Source: Candidatus Bilamarchaeum sp.
GTDB lineage: Archaea > Micrarchaeota > Micrarchaeia > Anstonellales > Bilamarchaeaceae
Length of the DNA: 64,000 nucleotides
Assembly (NCBI GenBank): GCA_035455205.1
Contig: DATIFM010000008.1
Span: 13,146 to 77,145, forward strand
Direction of reading: 5' to 3'
The position numbers and the translations under genes are program-made. Shown piece after piece: positions 46,580-56,070 of the stretch. The first letter of the stretch is position 1, and every line of letters starts with the position of its first letter. Under the pieces are notes generated by a model. The model made no database searches. It worked only from the letters and a program-made list of their open reading frames with translations, and was not told the DNA's origin.

Positions 46580-46704
46580 GCCTCGGTAGCTCAGTCGGTA
46601 GAGCGGCTGACTGTTATCTTTTGGGAATGAACAGCCCGTTTTGGGGCGCCTTTTCCCAAAAGGCGCACATCAGCAGGCCGGAAGTTCAAATCTTCCCCGG
46701 GGCG
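46580..46704 (+). tRNA. tRNA-Asn (anticodon GUU) with a 52-nt canonical-position intron (46617..46668)
   Basis: GCCTCGGTAGCTCAGTCGGTAGAGCGGCTGACTGTTA [intron] ATCAGCAGGCCGGAAGTTCAAATCTTCCCCGGGGCG. Clean cloverleaf: 7-bp acceptor, D-arm GCTC/GAGC, anticodon stem GCTGA/TCAGC, T-arm GGAAG-TTCAAAT-CTTCC; intron between positions 37 and 38. Confidence 0.8.
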
Positions 46705-46753
46705 TTTTGGTTTACTGGCCAACCCCGCAGGTTGGCAGAATTTGATTACTGGG

Positions 46754-47203
46754 TCAGCCATCCGGAATTACTGGCTCGACTAATTTTGCCAGTTTTTCCA
46801 ATGACTCCTGCCATCCAAGATAGCACATTTCAGCCGGTATGACAGCCGGAATGCCTTCCTGGACAACTTTAAGCTCCGTCCCGCAGGAAACCTTCTTCAG
46901 CCAGACCGAAGTGACCATTTCCCCGGGCAAATCTGGGTTATCGAATTTGTCGGTGTATTTCAAGAACTCGTTTGGCTTCAGTTCGAGATATTTTCCGCCG
47001 AAGGAATGCCCGTTGCCGGTAGAAAAATTGATGAATGACATTTTGTAATTTCCGTCCACTTTAACTTCCATGCTGTGGACAACGCACACGAAACCGTAGG
47101 GCGGAATCCAGGATGCGAGCGCATTGGCCTCGGTAAAGGCGCGATAGACCTTTTCAGGTGGTGCTTTGAGTACTCTATGCAAGGTAACGCTGTTGCCTGT
47201 CAT
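46754..47203 (-). CDS. SRPBCC-superfamily (AHSA1/polyketide cyclase-like) protein
   Basis: 149 aa with typical SRPBCC beta-grip pattern (LHRVLKAPPEKVYRAFTE...). Confidence 0.6.
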   Translation of the reverse strand: MTGNSVTLHRVLKAPPEKVYRAFTEANALASWIPPYGFVCVVHSMEVKVDGNYKMSFINFSTGNGHSFGGKYLELKPNEFLKYTDKFDNPDLPGEMVTSVWLKKVSCGTELKVVQEGIPAVIPAEMCYLGWQESLEKLAKLVEPVIPDG

Positions 47204-47319
47204 GTCCGGTTTTTACAAATAAAATTTATATACACGCCGCATTGAGAGCGGTTAAGTTAACCTCGGTAAATTAGCAGATTTAAAATTATGGAGGAAAATT
47301 GAAAACGGGCTGATGAAGT

Positions 47320-47634
47320 ATGATAGAAGGAAAAATCGCTACGGGCGTTGTGCACAGCGTGCCACCGGATTTGCGAAAAGAACTCTCTTCCGATCCGGAC
47401 GCACTTGCAAAATGGAACAGCTTAACGCCGCTTGCGCGCAATGAATGGATATGCTGGGTGACCTCGGTTAAAAAGCCGGAAACCAGAAGAGAGCATGTTG
47501 AAAGGGTGTGCCCGGAGCTTAAGGAGGGCATGCGCCGCCCTTGTTGCTGGATAGGCTGTATCCACCGCAAGGATAAGTCAGTTAGCCCTTCGGTGCGGCA
47601 TTTGCTGGATAGGCGAGCCAAGAAGAAAGACTAG
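47320..47634 (+). CDS. YdeI/OmpD-associated family protein
   Basis: LTPLARNEWICWVTSVKKPETRREHVER pattern. Confidence 0.55.
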   Translation: MIEGKIATGVVHSVPPDLRKELSSDPDALAKWNSLTPLARNEWICWVTSVKKPETRREHVERVCPELKEGMRRPCCWIGCIHRKDKSVSPSVRHLLDRRAKKKD

Positions 47635-47700
47635 AACCCCGGGTCTGACTAAACCCGGGGCGTTTTGATTGACCGGGCAAAAATGCCCGGCAGGAAAAGA

Positions 47701-48117
47701 CTACTTTTTCTTCTCCGGCTTACCCATCATCGGCTGGAGCAGGCTCAGGGTGTTCCCTTCGGTGTCCGTGAATGACACGTAGGCGCCGACGCCGGGGATG
47801 TCCATCGGCTTGCCGTGGATTTTCCCACCGGCCTTCTCCACTATCTTCATGTGCTCGTTTATGTCGTCAACCGCGATGACGACTGATGGGTGCGCCTCGC
47901 CCATATCCTTGGTCTTCTCGTAAAGCCCGCCGTTTATCGAGCCGGGGTTTTTCGGGCGGCCGTCCTTGCCGGATTCGCTCGTAGTCACGACCACGTAGTT
48001 GCCCATGTCTGGGCCCATCTGGTCCGCCTTCCAGCCGAAAACTTTCGTATAGAACTCCACCATCCGCTTCCTGTCCTCTGCCGGCAGTTCAAAATGCACA
48101 ACTGGGTTCATCTTCAT
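47701..48117 (-). CDS. VOC (glyoxalase/bleomycin-resistance) family protein
   Basis: PVVHFELPAEDRKRMVEFYTKVFGW N-terminal VOC module, second half GG.....P...GVGAYVSFTDTEGNTLSL. Confidence 0.7.
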   Translation of the reverse strand: MKMNPVVHFELPAEDRKRMVEFYTKVFGWKADQMGPDMGNYVVVTTSESGKDGRPKNPGSINGGLYEKTKDMGEAHPSVVIAVDDINEHMKIVEKAGGKIHGKPMDIPGVGAYVSFTDTEGNTLSLLQPMMGKPEKKK

Positions 48118-48176
48118 TCCATCACCTGATTTTATCAAAGTAAAGTAGATTTTAAATCCGTGCGGAGCCGCTCCGC

Positions 48177-48455
48177 TCAGTTACTGACTTTTTTGAAAGA
48201 GAGGCCCTTGTCCTTCAATGCCCGCCTCAGCTTCAGGACGGCATCAGGGCCCACGCCGTGGAGCGCCAGGACTTCCGCTTCGGTGCGCTTTGCAAGCTGT
48301 GCGAGGTTCCGGATTTTTGCCCCCGACAGGGCGCGAAGCGCGGGGGAGGCGAGCTTTGGAAAGTCGCTTTGCATCCTGAAGCCGGGCCAGCATTTGGGGC
48401 AGACGGGGCAATCGCTATTGAACACGTGACCGCGGCTGCAGGTCTTTTTCACCAT
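48177..48455 (-). CDS. small zinc-finger plus helix-hairpin-helix protein
   Basis: Start MVKKTCSRGH; CxxC pair DCPVCPKC; HhH-like LAQLAKRTEAEVLALHGVGPDAVLKL. Confidence 0.4.
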   Translation of the reverse strand: MVKKTCSRGHVFNSDCPVCPKCWPGFRMQSDFPKLASPALRALSGAKIRNLAQLAKRTEAEVLALHGVGPDAVLKLRRALKDKGLSFKKVSN

Positions 48456-48622
48456 TAAGATTCCTTCAGCAGGAAAAAATAAAAGCCGGTCCGGAACCAG
48501 GCGCAGTTTGCGGCTCGTGTGGGTTTCCCCGGAGCACTGATTCGGCAGGCAATTCGTTGATTGTGGAAACAGCTGGGGGCCGGGTTTAAATACGCCCGGC
48601 GCCATGCCAGTCTGTGATTAAG

Positions 48623-49021
48623 ATGAAAAAACGCATGGCGGCAGAAAAACCCGCAACGAACACTGCAAAGGCCGCCACCAGCAGGAGTGCCGAAGGCGCG
48701 GCGGTTTTCGGCTCCGCCCTGCCCCCTGACAAGGCCGCCGAACTCGTAAGCGACCTCGAATCGGACGAACTCTCGAGGAGCCTTGTGGCTGCGGCTGAAA
48801 TAATCGAGAACTACAGGGCAGTGGCAGGAGCGGCCGCGGTAAACCCAGAATTGAACATGACAAGAATCAACGTGATGCTCAATGATATTTTTGAGAAAAA
48901 TATCTCGAAGATCGTCGAGATTCTCTCCGAACAGGGGCTCAGGTTTTTGGCCGAATCGTCGGTAATCAGCTCCATGGCGGTAAAAGATGCCGCGAAAAAG
49001 CGGCTGATGTCGGCACAATAG
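48623..49021 (+). CDS. hypothetical protein (about 132 aa)
   Basis: ORF only. Confidence 0.3.
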   Translation: MKKRMAAEKPATNTAKAATSRSAEGAAVFGSALPPDKAAELVSDLESDELSRSLVAAAEIIENYRAVAGAAAVNPELNMTRINVMLNDIFEKNISKIVEILSEQGLRFLAESSVISSMAVKDAAKKRLMSAQ

Positions 49022-49192
49022 ACGCTTCGCCCGGTTTCCGGCCGGGCTATTCCGGAACTCACTGGAATTCCACGATTGTGGAAGCAGAAATCGTCGATTG
49101 TGGAACGTATTGGTTAATATATTTCAAAGAAGATTTTCTATAAGAGGCATGGGCGCAGGGAGAGCTACGGGGCTGAACCAGAGGAAGGTGGC

Positions 49193-49588
49193 ATGAAGGA
49201 AATCACTATAATAGAAAACGATAGGCTCGGGCTGGTTGCAGATGTTTTGGGGATTCTGGAAAAGGCGGGCATGGAGATTGTTTCCCTGAACATACAGATT
49301 GTGACTGACAAAGCAATAATAACGGCCGGCCTGAGCGATGCAGAAAAAGGCAAGGGATTGCTGGAAGCGGAAGGGTATGAAGTTGAAGACATAAATTCGT
49401 TCGTCGTGAGGCTGGGAAAAGGGGGAATCGGCCGGCTAATTTCAAAACTCCGAAAATGCGGGGCGGAAATCCTGAAGTCCAGGGAGATTTGTACTGATGC
49501 CGAGTTCGTTGTGTATTCTATCGTCGTTGACGATCCAGCCAGGGCGGCACAGACGCTTAAGGGACTCCTGCTCGCAAGCAGGTCGTAG
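49193..49588 (+). CDS. tandem ACT-domain protein
   Basis: Two beta-alpha-beta-beta-alpha-beta-like units (IIENDRLGLVADVLGILEKAGMEI; CTDAEFVVYSIVVDDPARAAQTL). Confidence 0.5.
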   Translation: MKEITIIENDRLGLVADVLGILEKAGMEIVSLNIQIVTDKAIITAGLSDAEKGKGLLEAEGYEVEDINSFVVRLGKGGIGRLISKLRKCGAEILKSREICTDAEFVVYSIVVDDPARAAQTLKGLLLASRS

Positions 49589-49647
49589 TAGGAAGTACGA
49601 CTCGGGAAGCGCAGGCAGGAGCGCATCAGATTGGGAGGAGTTGCCAA

Positions 49648-50622
49648 GTGGAAGGACCGATATCAAGATACATGGAAAGGAATTTCAGGCATTTCAATGC
49701 CGGGGAGCTTCTGGAGGCCGCGAAGGCATACAGGGCGCATATCGCAGCAGGGGGTAAAATGTTCCTGGCGATGGCCGGGGCGATGAGCACAGCCGAGCTC
49801 GGGATTAGCCTCGCCCAGATGATAAGAAGCGGGATGGTCCACGCGATATCCACAACGGGAGCGAACCTCGAGGAGGACATTTTCAACCTAGTCGCCCGCA
49901 ATGAATACGTGATGGTCAGAAATTATCGCGACCTGACTCCCGAGGACGAGCTTGGGCTCCTCAAAAGGGGGCTCAACAGGGTTACGGACACGTGCATCCC
50001 CGAGGAAGCTGCCATGCGAAAGATAGAGAGGCTCATCATAGAGATATGGAAGAAGCACGACAAGGAGGGGGCACCAGCCTTTCCCCACGAATATGTCTAC
50101 GAATTGATTCGCTCTGGAAGCCTGGAAAAGCTATACCAGGCCGACCCGATGGACAGCTGGGTCCTAGCTGCATGCGAGAAGGGAATCCCGATTTTCGTGC
50201 CGGGATGGGCAGATTCCACTCTCGGCAACGTATTTGTCGCCGAACACCTCAAGGGAGGCATTAGGAATACCGGCATAGTGAAGGAGAGCCTCGCATACAT
50301 GAAGGAGCTCGTAGGCTGGTACCAAAAGGAATCGGCGGACAGCAAAATCGGCTTTTTCCAGATTGGCGGGGGGATAGCTGGCGATTTCCCCATCTGCGCA
50401 GTTCCACTGATCAATCAGGACATTCACCTGAAGAACGTGCCCATATGGTCCTATTTCTGCCAGATAAGCGACTCAACTACCAGCTATGGCTCATATTCGG
50501 GCGCAGTCCCCAACGAGAAAATCACATGGGGCAAGCTGATGCCTGACTCCCCCCGCTTCATGATAGAGTCAGATGCCACCATCGTCGCCCCCCTCCTTTT
50601 CGCCTACGTTCTCGGGCAATGA
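49648..50622 (+). CDS. dys: deoxyhypusine synthase
   Basis: GTG start after GGGAGGAG; DHS hallmark segments ISTTGANLEEDI, VPGWADSTLGN, GGGIAGDFPI. Confidence 0.88.
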   Translation: MEGPISRYMERNFRHFNAGELLEAAKAYRAHIAAGGKMFLAMAGAMSTAELGISLAQMIRSGMVHAISTTGANLEEDIFNLVARNEYVMVRNYRDLTPEDELGLLKRGLNRVTDTCIPEEAAMRKIERLIIEIWKKHDKEGAPAFPHEYVYELIRSGSLEKLYQADPMDSWVLAACEKGIPIFVPGWADSTLGNVFVAEHLKGGIRNTGIVKESLAYMKELVGWYQKESADSKIGFFQIGGGIAGDFPICAVPLINQDIHLKNVPIWSYFCQISDSTTSYGSYSGAVPNEKITWGKLMPDSPRFMIESDATIVAPLLFAYVLGQ

Positions 50623-52026
50623 TGCGTCATTAGGCTCGCCGGTTTGGCCATCATCAGGAGAGGAATGCTCCGCGCCGCCCTTGGGGGGTTCGTCGGCTAC
50701 GGCGGCTTCCGACTCTTCGATTATTTCCTCCAGCTCATTTCCGGAGCCGGCCGCGGTTTTCCGGTCCGGCCGGTCGTAATGGAAAATCCCGAGAGTGGCG
50801 ACGATGTTCGACAGGAGTATGACCCCGAACACGACCTGCTGGAAATTGGGGATTGATATTCCGCTAGCAAGAGGCAGGGAGGCAAGTACTGCGGCCGCAA
50901 GACCGCGGGGGAGCATCGCAACGACGATTTTTCTGTCTTTCTCGGGAAAATCCCCTAGAGTGATTTTCTGAACAAGCCAGCGGGAAAACGCGAAAAGGAC
51001 GAGAAGCGACAGCGACAGGACAAGGACTTCCAAGTTGAAGTAGCTAGGCGAGAGCAGGAGGCCAAGATAGACGAAGAAGAAAGTGCGCACGAAAAACGTG
51101 ATTTCCTCCTGGAAAAGCCTTATCATCGGGCTTATCTTGAATTTGTGCCCAAGTCGCAGGAGCTGGCCGAGTTCCTTCGAGTTTCCCAGTATCATGCCGA
51201 ATACGAAGACCGCGAACCCGCCGTTCCCTTTCACTGCCTCGGTGACCGAGTAAAGGCCGAACACGAGCGCCAGGGTAAGCATGTATGAATATTTGGAGAC
51301 CGAGAAACGGGAGCTCACGGCTATCCACAGGATGGCTCCGACTGCCCCGAGGGCAATCGCGAATGAGAAGGAAGATAAGAGCAGGCCTGCAATCGTTCCC
51401 GCGCCGGGAGTCTCGCCAGCTAGAATGAGCTGGATTGTTAAGGCGGCGGCGATTATGCAGAGGGCGTCGGTTATCGTCGATTCGATCGTAAGGAGGGATT
51501 TCGATTCCTTGCCGATGTTAGTTTTTTCGACCATCGTTATGACTATGGCCGAACTCGTTCCGCCCGCTACGGCGCCAAGTAGTATGCCGTGGAGAAGGGG
51601 CCAGCCGAGCGCGGCGACGCTGAAGACCGCGACGAGGCCGACGCTGACGATGAAGACGAGGAACGTGAAAAGGGTGCTGCGTGGGATTGCGCGCGCTACA
51701 GAGAATATGTCGATCATCAGGCCAGCATCGAAAAGGAGCACGATGAGGGCGAGGGTGGCCACGAATGGCAATATCGACACGATAACCGAGTCAGGGCCGG
51801 CATCCACCAAGTGGAGGACTGGGCCGAGAAGGAACCCGAACAGCATCAGGATAAGCACCTGTGATATCCGGGTTTTCTCGAAAAAAATCAACGCGAAGAA
51901 ACCGATGAGGATGGTCAGCCCCATCTCGAAGAACAGCTCGAACATGTCTCTGATTAACCCCGTATCCCTTAAAAAGCGGCCGAGGGAAGGGGCAGGGATA
52001 AAAGGCAGGACGGGGAATCGGAGCAA
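50569..52026 (-). CDS. monovalent cation/proton antiporter (Na+/H+ exchanger family) with acidic C-terminal tail
   Basis: About 12 predicted TM segments, Na_H exchanger-like glycine/proline pattern; convergent 54-nt overlap with the DHS gene. Confidence 0.6.
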   Translation of the reverse strand: MLRFPVLPFIPAPSLGRFLRDTGLIRDMFELFFEMGLTILIGFFALIFFEKTRISQVLILMLFGFLLGPVLHLVDAGPDSVIVSILPFVATLALIVLLFDAGLMIDIFSVARAIPRSTLFTFLVFIVSVGLVAVFSVAALGWPLLHGILLGAVAGGTSSAIVITMVEKTNIGKESKSLLTIESTITDALCIIAAALTIQLILAGETPGAGTIAGLLLSSFSFAIALGAVGAILWIAVSSRFSVSKYSYMLTLALVFGLYSVTEAVKGNGGFAVFVFGMILGNSKELGQLLRLGHKFKISPMIRLFQEEITFFVRTFFFVYLGLLLSPSYFNLEVLVLSLSLLVLFAFSRWLVQKITLGDFPEKDRKIVVAMLPRGLAAAVLASLPLASGISIPNFQQVVFGVILLSNIVATLGIFHYDRPDRKTAAGSGNELEEIIEESEAAVADEPPKGGAEHSSPDDGQTGEPNDASLPENVGEKEGGDDGGI

Positions 52027-52037
52027 CAGGTGATGGA

Positions 52038-52970
52038 ATGAAAGCCGCTCAAATAAGCAAGTACGGAGAGAGCAGCGTGGAGATTAACGATGTAGGCAGG
52101 CCTGAGCCGGGCGAGGGCGAAATCCTCGTAGAGGTGCACGCTGCGGGCGTGAACCCGTTCGACTGGAAGATACGCGACGGAATGTACGAGAAGATGATGC
52201 CGCTCAAGCTTCCGGCGACGCTCGGCGGGGATTTTTCAGGGCTCGTCGCGGCCGTGGGAGCGAATGTTTCCGGATTCAAAAAAGGCGACGGCGTCTTCGG
52301 CTCGGCCAACGTGCTTTCGGGAGGCTCGGGCGCTTTCGCCGAATTCGCGATAGCGAAGACCAAAAATGCCGCCCTCAAGCCGAAAAAGGCAGGCCACACA
52401 GAAGCCGGGGCGATGCCCCTGACCGGCGCGAGCGCGCTGCAGGGGCTCGTCGACCACATGAAGCTCGGCAGGGGCCAGAAGGTCCTCATACATGGCGGCG
52501 CGGGAGGAATCGGCACCGCGGCCATACAGATAGCAAAGGACATCGGCGCCTATGTGGCTGCGACCGCCGGGGAAAAGGATTTGGAGTTCGTGAAGTCCCT
52601 GGGCGCGGATGAGGCGATAGACTACAGGGGCCAGCGGTTCGAGAAGCTGCTCGAAGGCTTCGACGCCGTATTCGACACGGTCGGCGGGGAAACATACGCG
52701 AAGTCGTTCATGGTCCTCAAAAAGGGCGGCGTCATAGTGTCGATGCTCGAGCAGCCGAGGCAGGAGCTGATGGAACAGTACGGGGTAAGCGCGATTGCGC
52801 AGGGGACGCATGTTACCGGCGAGCGCCTCGCGAAGCTGGCCTCCCTCATAGACAGGGGAGTCGTCAGGGCGCACATAGACAAGGCATTCCCCCTCGCCAA
52901 GGCGGCCGAGGCGCTCGACTACCAGAAGAAGGGGCACCCGAGGGGCAAGGTAGTGCTTGAGATGAAATAG
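52038..52970 (+). CDS. zinc-type alcohol dehydrogenase / NADPH:quinone oxidoreductase (MDR family)
   Basis: MKAAQISKYGES...GEGEILVEVHAAGVNPFD, Rossmann GGAGGIGTAAIQIA. Confidence 0.85.
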   Translation: MKAAQISKYGESSVEINDVGRPEPGEGEILVEVHAAGVNPFDWKIRDGMYEKMMPLKLPATLGGDFSGLVAAVGANVSGFKKGDGVFGSANVLSGGSGAFAEFAIAKTKNAALKPKKAGHTEAGAMPLTGASALQGLVDHMKLGRGQKVLIHGGAGGIGTAAIQIAKDIGAYVAATAGEKDLEFVKSLGADEAIDYRGQRFEKLLEGFDAVFDTVGGETYAKSFMVLKKGGVIVSMLEQPRQELMEQYGVSAIAQGTHVTGERLAKLASLIDRGVVRAHIDKAFPLAKAAEALDYQKKGHPRGKVVLEMK

Positions 52971-54032
52971 TCAGGTCTCGACGGCGAGGACTTCCCCGGT
53001 CGCCCTGTCGATAATCACGTCGGTTTCAGGCCCGGAGTCGGCGTCTATCTGGATGACATAGCAGAGCTTTCCGAACTTCTTTTCCATCTCGACGTCCGTA
53101 ACTTTCCCGGGAACCCTTTCGAGCGCAATCTGCCGCGCCTCCTGCTCGGTTATGTTCGCCTTCGTTTCGGGCGCGGGGGCAACCGAAGGGGACGGCGAGG
53201 CGCCGTACTCGACACTAACGAGCTCCTCCCTCTCTCCGTCCTCGACGACTATTTCCAGCGCGACTCCGCCGATATCCGCGCAATAGAACTTGTGCTCATC
53301 CGCCCCCGGCTCGAGGGGCGTCCAGTCCCGCGTCTTGATGCAGCCGGTGAAATTCCCGTAAGGAACCGAAACGGACTCGTTAAGGGAAAGGACATCCGCA
53401 GTGTCCTCGGCCTCACCCGCATAGTATTCCTGCAGGTAGGACCGGCCGATTTCCGGATTCGCCAGCATGATTATGCCCGGCTTTGCCCCGTCCACGCCGG
53501 CTTCCCATGAGCCGGAAGTCGTGGTAACAACGCCGCCCGAAAGCTCCTTGGTATCTTCTCCGAAATACCAGACGCTGCCTTCCCTGTCCTGCGCATAATA
53601 GTCGCGCGTGTCCTCAATCAGGTCGCCCTCGAGCCATACGCGGTCCCAGACGACGACGGTGCGCACGCCCATCACCATCCTCGTCTCGCTGGTGACAAAT
53701 AGCTCGGCCCGCTCGAGGCCGTCCTCGGTCTGAGACTCGAAAACCATCTTTTTGCCGGGCGTGAGCGAGAAATATTTGTTGGTTATGTTCGACGTGAAAT
53801 CCTGAGCGCGGATTTCGGGGTTGTAAGGCGGCGCACTCGTATTTGTCTGGTTTGACGGTGGTGGAGTAGCGGGGGGCGTAGCGTTCTGGGGCGGCACAGG
53901 AGGCGGGTTCGGGGCAGTTGGAGTGATGTTGGTAAGGTTTTCCTGAGGCTTTGGCGCCTGCGCGCAGCCGAAAACCGAGAATGCCAGAACCACCGCCAGA
54001 AGAATCCAGATAATTTTCACCATTCGCTTCAA
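52971..54032 (-). CDS. secreted lipoprotein with Pro/Thr-rich linker and C-terminal PepSY domain
   Basis: Signal peptide MKRMVKIIWILLAVVLAFSVFGC; linker PPVPPQNATPPATPPPSNQTNTSAPP; PepSY-like ITEQEARQIALERVPGKVTDVEMEKKFGKLCYVIQIDA. Confidence 0.5.
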   Translation of the reverse strand: MKRMVKIIWILLAVVLAFSVFGCAQAPKPQENLTNITPTAPNPPPVPPQNATPPATPPPSNQTNTSAPPYNPEIRAQDFTSNITNKYFSLTPGKKMVFESQTEDGLERAELFVTSETRMVMGVRTVVVWDRVWLEGDLIEDTRDYYAQDREGSVWYFGEDTKELSGGVVTTTSGSWEAGVDGAKPGIIMLANPEIGRSYLQEYYAGEAEDTADVLSLNESVSVPYGNFTGCIKTRDWTPLEPGADEHKFYCADIGGVALEIVVEDGEREELVSVEYGASPSPSVAPAPETKANITEQEARQIALERVPGKVTDVEMEKKFGKLCYVIQIDADSGPETDVIIDRATGEVLAVET

Positions 54033-54088
54033 CTCCGTGAGAAGTATTTTTTCCGGCAGTTTAAATATGCCTTAGTCCAACAATAGAA

Positions 54089-54625
54089 CTATCCCCACAT
54101 TTCGATGACATTGTTGACGAGCGAATCCAGGAAGCTCTCGCGGTAAGCGATGAGCAGGCCGATTATTGCATCCTTTTCCGGAACAAGCCGGTAAAACGTC
54201 TTTCTTCCCTCCCTCCTGGACTTGATTATGCCGCGCTCTTCGAGTTTTTTCATGTGCCATGTCGCTGTCGATGGGGAAATCCCGGCCTTTCGGGCCAGCA
54301 AATCGTTATTGCAGTTGTCGTGGATAAGCAGGGTCAGGATTATGGCTCTCAGGGTCTTCTGCCGGAGCAAGCCGATAAGCTTCTTTTTGCCCGGGTCGAA
54401 GGCACGCGGATAATACCTCACGTTGTTGCCATCCTTCTGCTCGGAAATGAGCCCGTGCTTCGCAAGGTACGAGAGATGGTGCCGGACTGTCCCCGTGGGC
54501 AGTCCTGACCTCCGTTCAATTTCCCGGAAATGGCTTCCGGCGTGCTTCTCTACGGCTTCGAAAATCTTCCTTCGGGATTTCAACTGGAGGATTTTTTCGA
54601 TATCGCCGGAAAACGCATCCATCAT
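54089..54625 (-). CDS. transcriptional regulator with two ArsR/TrmB-type winged-helix domains
   Basis: HFREIERRSGLPTGTVRHHLSYLAKHGLISE and PSTATWHMKKLEERGIIKSRREGRKTFYRL. Confidence 0.65.
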   Translation of the reverse strand: MMDAFSGDIEKILQLKSRRKIFEAVEKHAGSHFREIERRSGLPTGTVRHHLSYLAKHGLISEQKDGNNVRYYPRAFDPGKKKLIGLLRQKTLRAIILTLLIHDNCNNDLLARKAGISPSTATWHMKKLEERGIIKSRREGRKTFYRLVPEKDAIIGLLIAYRESFLDSLVNNVIEMWG

Positions 54626-54628
54626 GCT

Positions 54629-55165
54629 TCACTTCCTCAGTATACCCAGGAAGAAACTCAGGAGTATCGCAAAGTCCAGGAAGCTTGCAGCCGGATCGAT
54701 AAAGGCCCAGTCCTCCATGAAAAGCGCGGAAGCGAGCATGAAGCTTTTGACCGAGTAGAGGAAGAATGCCGCGCTCACGAAAACGAGCCTTTCGTTGCCG
54801 GAACGCCTGAATGCCATGAGGGTCAACGCGAGGAGGGCAGCGGAAAGGATGCCGCTGAGGAGATTCAGCAGCTTGTCCAGCTCAAGCCCCATGATGGAAA
54901 TATCGCCCTCGTCAAGCGCGAAGGCGCATTGGAAAAAGATGAGGGAGATCAGAAGAAAAAGAGCCGGCCGGTTCATCGCGGAACGTCCTGGTAAGTCCAT
55001 GATCTGCCTTGTGCACCCAGCCTTATATTGGTTGCCTGCCAAAGCCGGCACATGGGAATGAGCAAGAAGGACCTTTCGAGGAAGAAGGCTAACATAAAGG
55101 CAAAGCTCGAAGAGCTTGAGAAAAAAGCGAGGATGGACCCCCTCAAGAAGAACAAGGCGCTCCAC
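54629..55165 (-). CDS. membrane protein (about 5 TM), hypothetical
   Basis: Hydrophobic profile only. Confidence 0.3.
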   Translation of the reverse strand: MERLVLLEGVHPRFFLKLFELCLYVSLLPRKVLLAHSHVPALAGNQYKAGCTRQIMDLPGRSAMNRPALFLLISLIFFQCAFALDEGDISIMGLELDKLLNLLSGILSAALLALTLMAFRRSGNERLVFVSAAFFLYSVKSFMLASALFMEDWAFIDPAASFLDFAILLSFFLGILRK

Positions 55166-55212
55166 GACGAAGTCGAGCAGCTGAAGAAGAAGCTCGCCGA
55201 GGCAGACTGAAC

Positions 55213-55581
55213 TCAGAACATGGTATTGTCGTTTGCCGACTTTTCGGGAATCTTCTGTATCACGTCCCAGTGCTCTTCGGCCTTCCCGTCCTTTATCCGG
55301 AAAATGTCAACGACCGCGCTCCCGCGGTCGTCCTTGGTGTACCGGTAGAGGGAGTGGACTATCACGAAGTCGCCGTCCGAGAAGATGCGCTTCAGCTCCC
55401 ATTTCAGGTCCGGGAACATCTTGTAGAATCCCGGAATCGCCTTCACGAACCCTGCGCGCCCCGTCGGGACGTCAGGATTGTGCTGGATGTACCTTTCGCT
55501 CAGCATCGCAGCCGCGGCATTCACGTCCTTCTTGTTGAAAGCCGTATCCAAAAGCTTCTTCACGAGTTCCTTGTTTTCCAT
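55213..55581 (-). CDS. SnoaL-like / NTF2-fold protein (about 122 aa)
   Basis: Start MENKELVKKLLDTAFNKKDVNAAAAMLSERYIQHNP...GDFVIVH...EHWDVIQ typical of SnoaL-like cyclase fold; the track's longer ORF is antisense to the next gene. Confidence 0.5.
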   Translation of the reverse strand: MENKELVKKLLDTAFNKKDVNAAAAMLSERYIQHNPDVPTGRAGFVKAIPGFYKMFPDLKWELKRIFSDGDFVIVHSLYRYTKDDRGSAVVDIFRIKDGKAEEHWDVIQKIPEKSANDNTMF

Positions 55582-55650
55582 AACATCCCTCACGGGCCTT
55601 ACTGCGCGAAGATTATAAACCCATTTTCCGAAAGTATCTGCGGTGAGAGT

Positions 55651-56028
55651 ATGGATGAAAGGAGGATAGCGCAGATTTCCGACGATGCGACGAGCGGCAG
55701 GATAACGTTCAATGAGGCGCTGAGGCTGCTGCGCGAGCAGGGCGTCCAGGGCTACAGGGTGGATGTGAACACGCACTCCAAGATATTCTTCGACGCAAAG
55801 AACACGTTCCTCAAGAAGGAGGAGGCTGACACGGCGCTGAGCCCGGCCTTCGACTGGAACCGCGTAAACGACGCCCTGCGGCAGATGCGCGAAGGAAGCC
55901 TGACCTTTGACGAATTCCTCGCGCGCCTCGGCGCGGCGGGGGTGTGCGAGCTTCTCGTGGACATCATCGGCAGGAGGGTCTTCTACCTCGGCCTGTACGA
56001 GAATTACGTCGAGCCCATACCCGCCTGA
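55651..56028 (+). CDS. hypothetical protein (about 125 aa)
   Basis: Start MDERRIAQI; no firm family call. Confidence 0.3.
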   Translation: MDERRIAQISDDATSGRITFNEALRLLREQGVQGYRVDVNTHSKIFFDAKNTFLKKEEADTALSPAFDWNRVNDALRQMREGSLTFDEFLARLGAAGVCELLVDIIGRRVFYLGLYENYVEPIPA

Positions 56029-56070
56029 GCGACCATCCGCTCTTAAAATTTTGCCGGCGAAAACCGTGCA

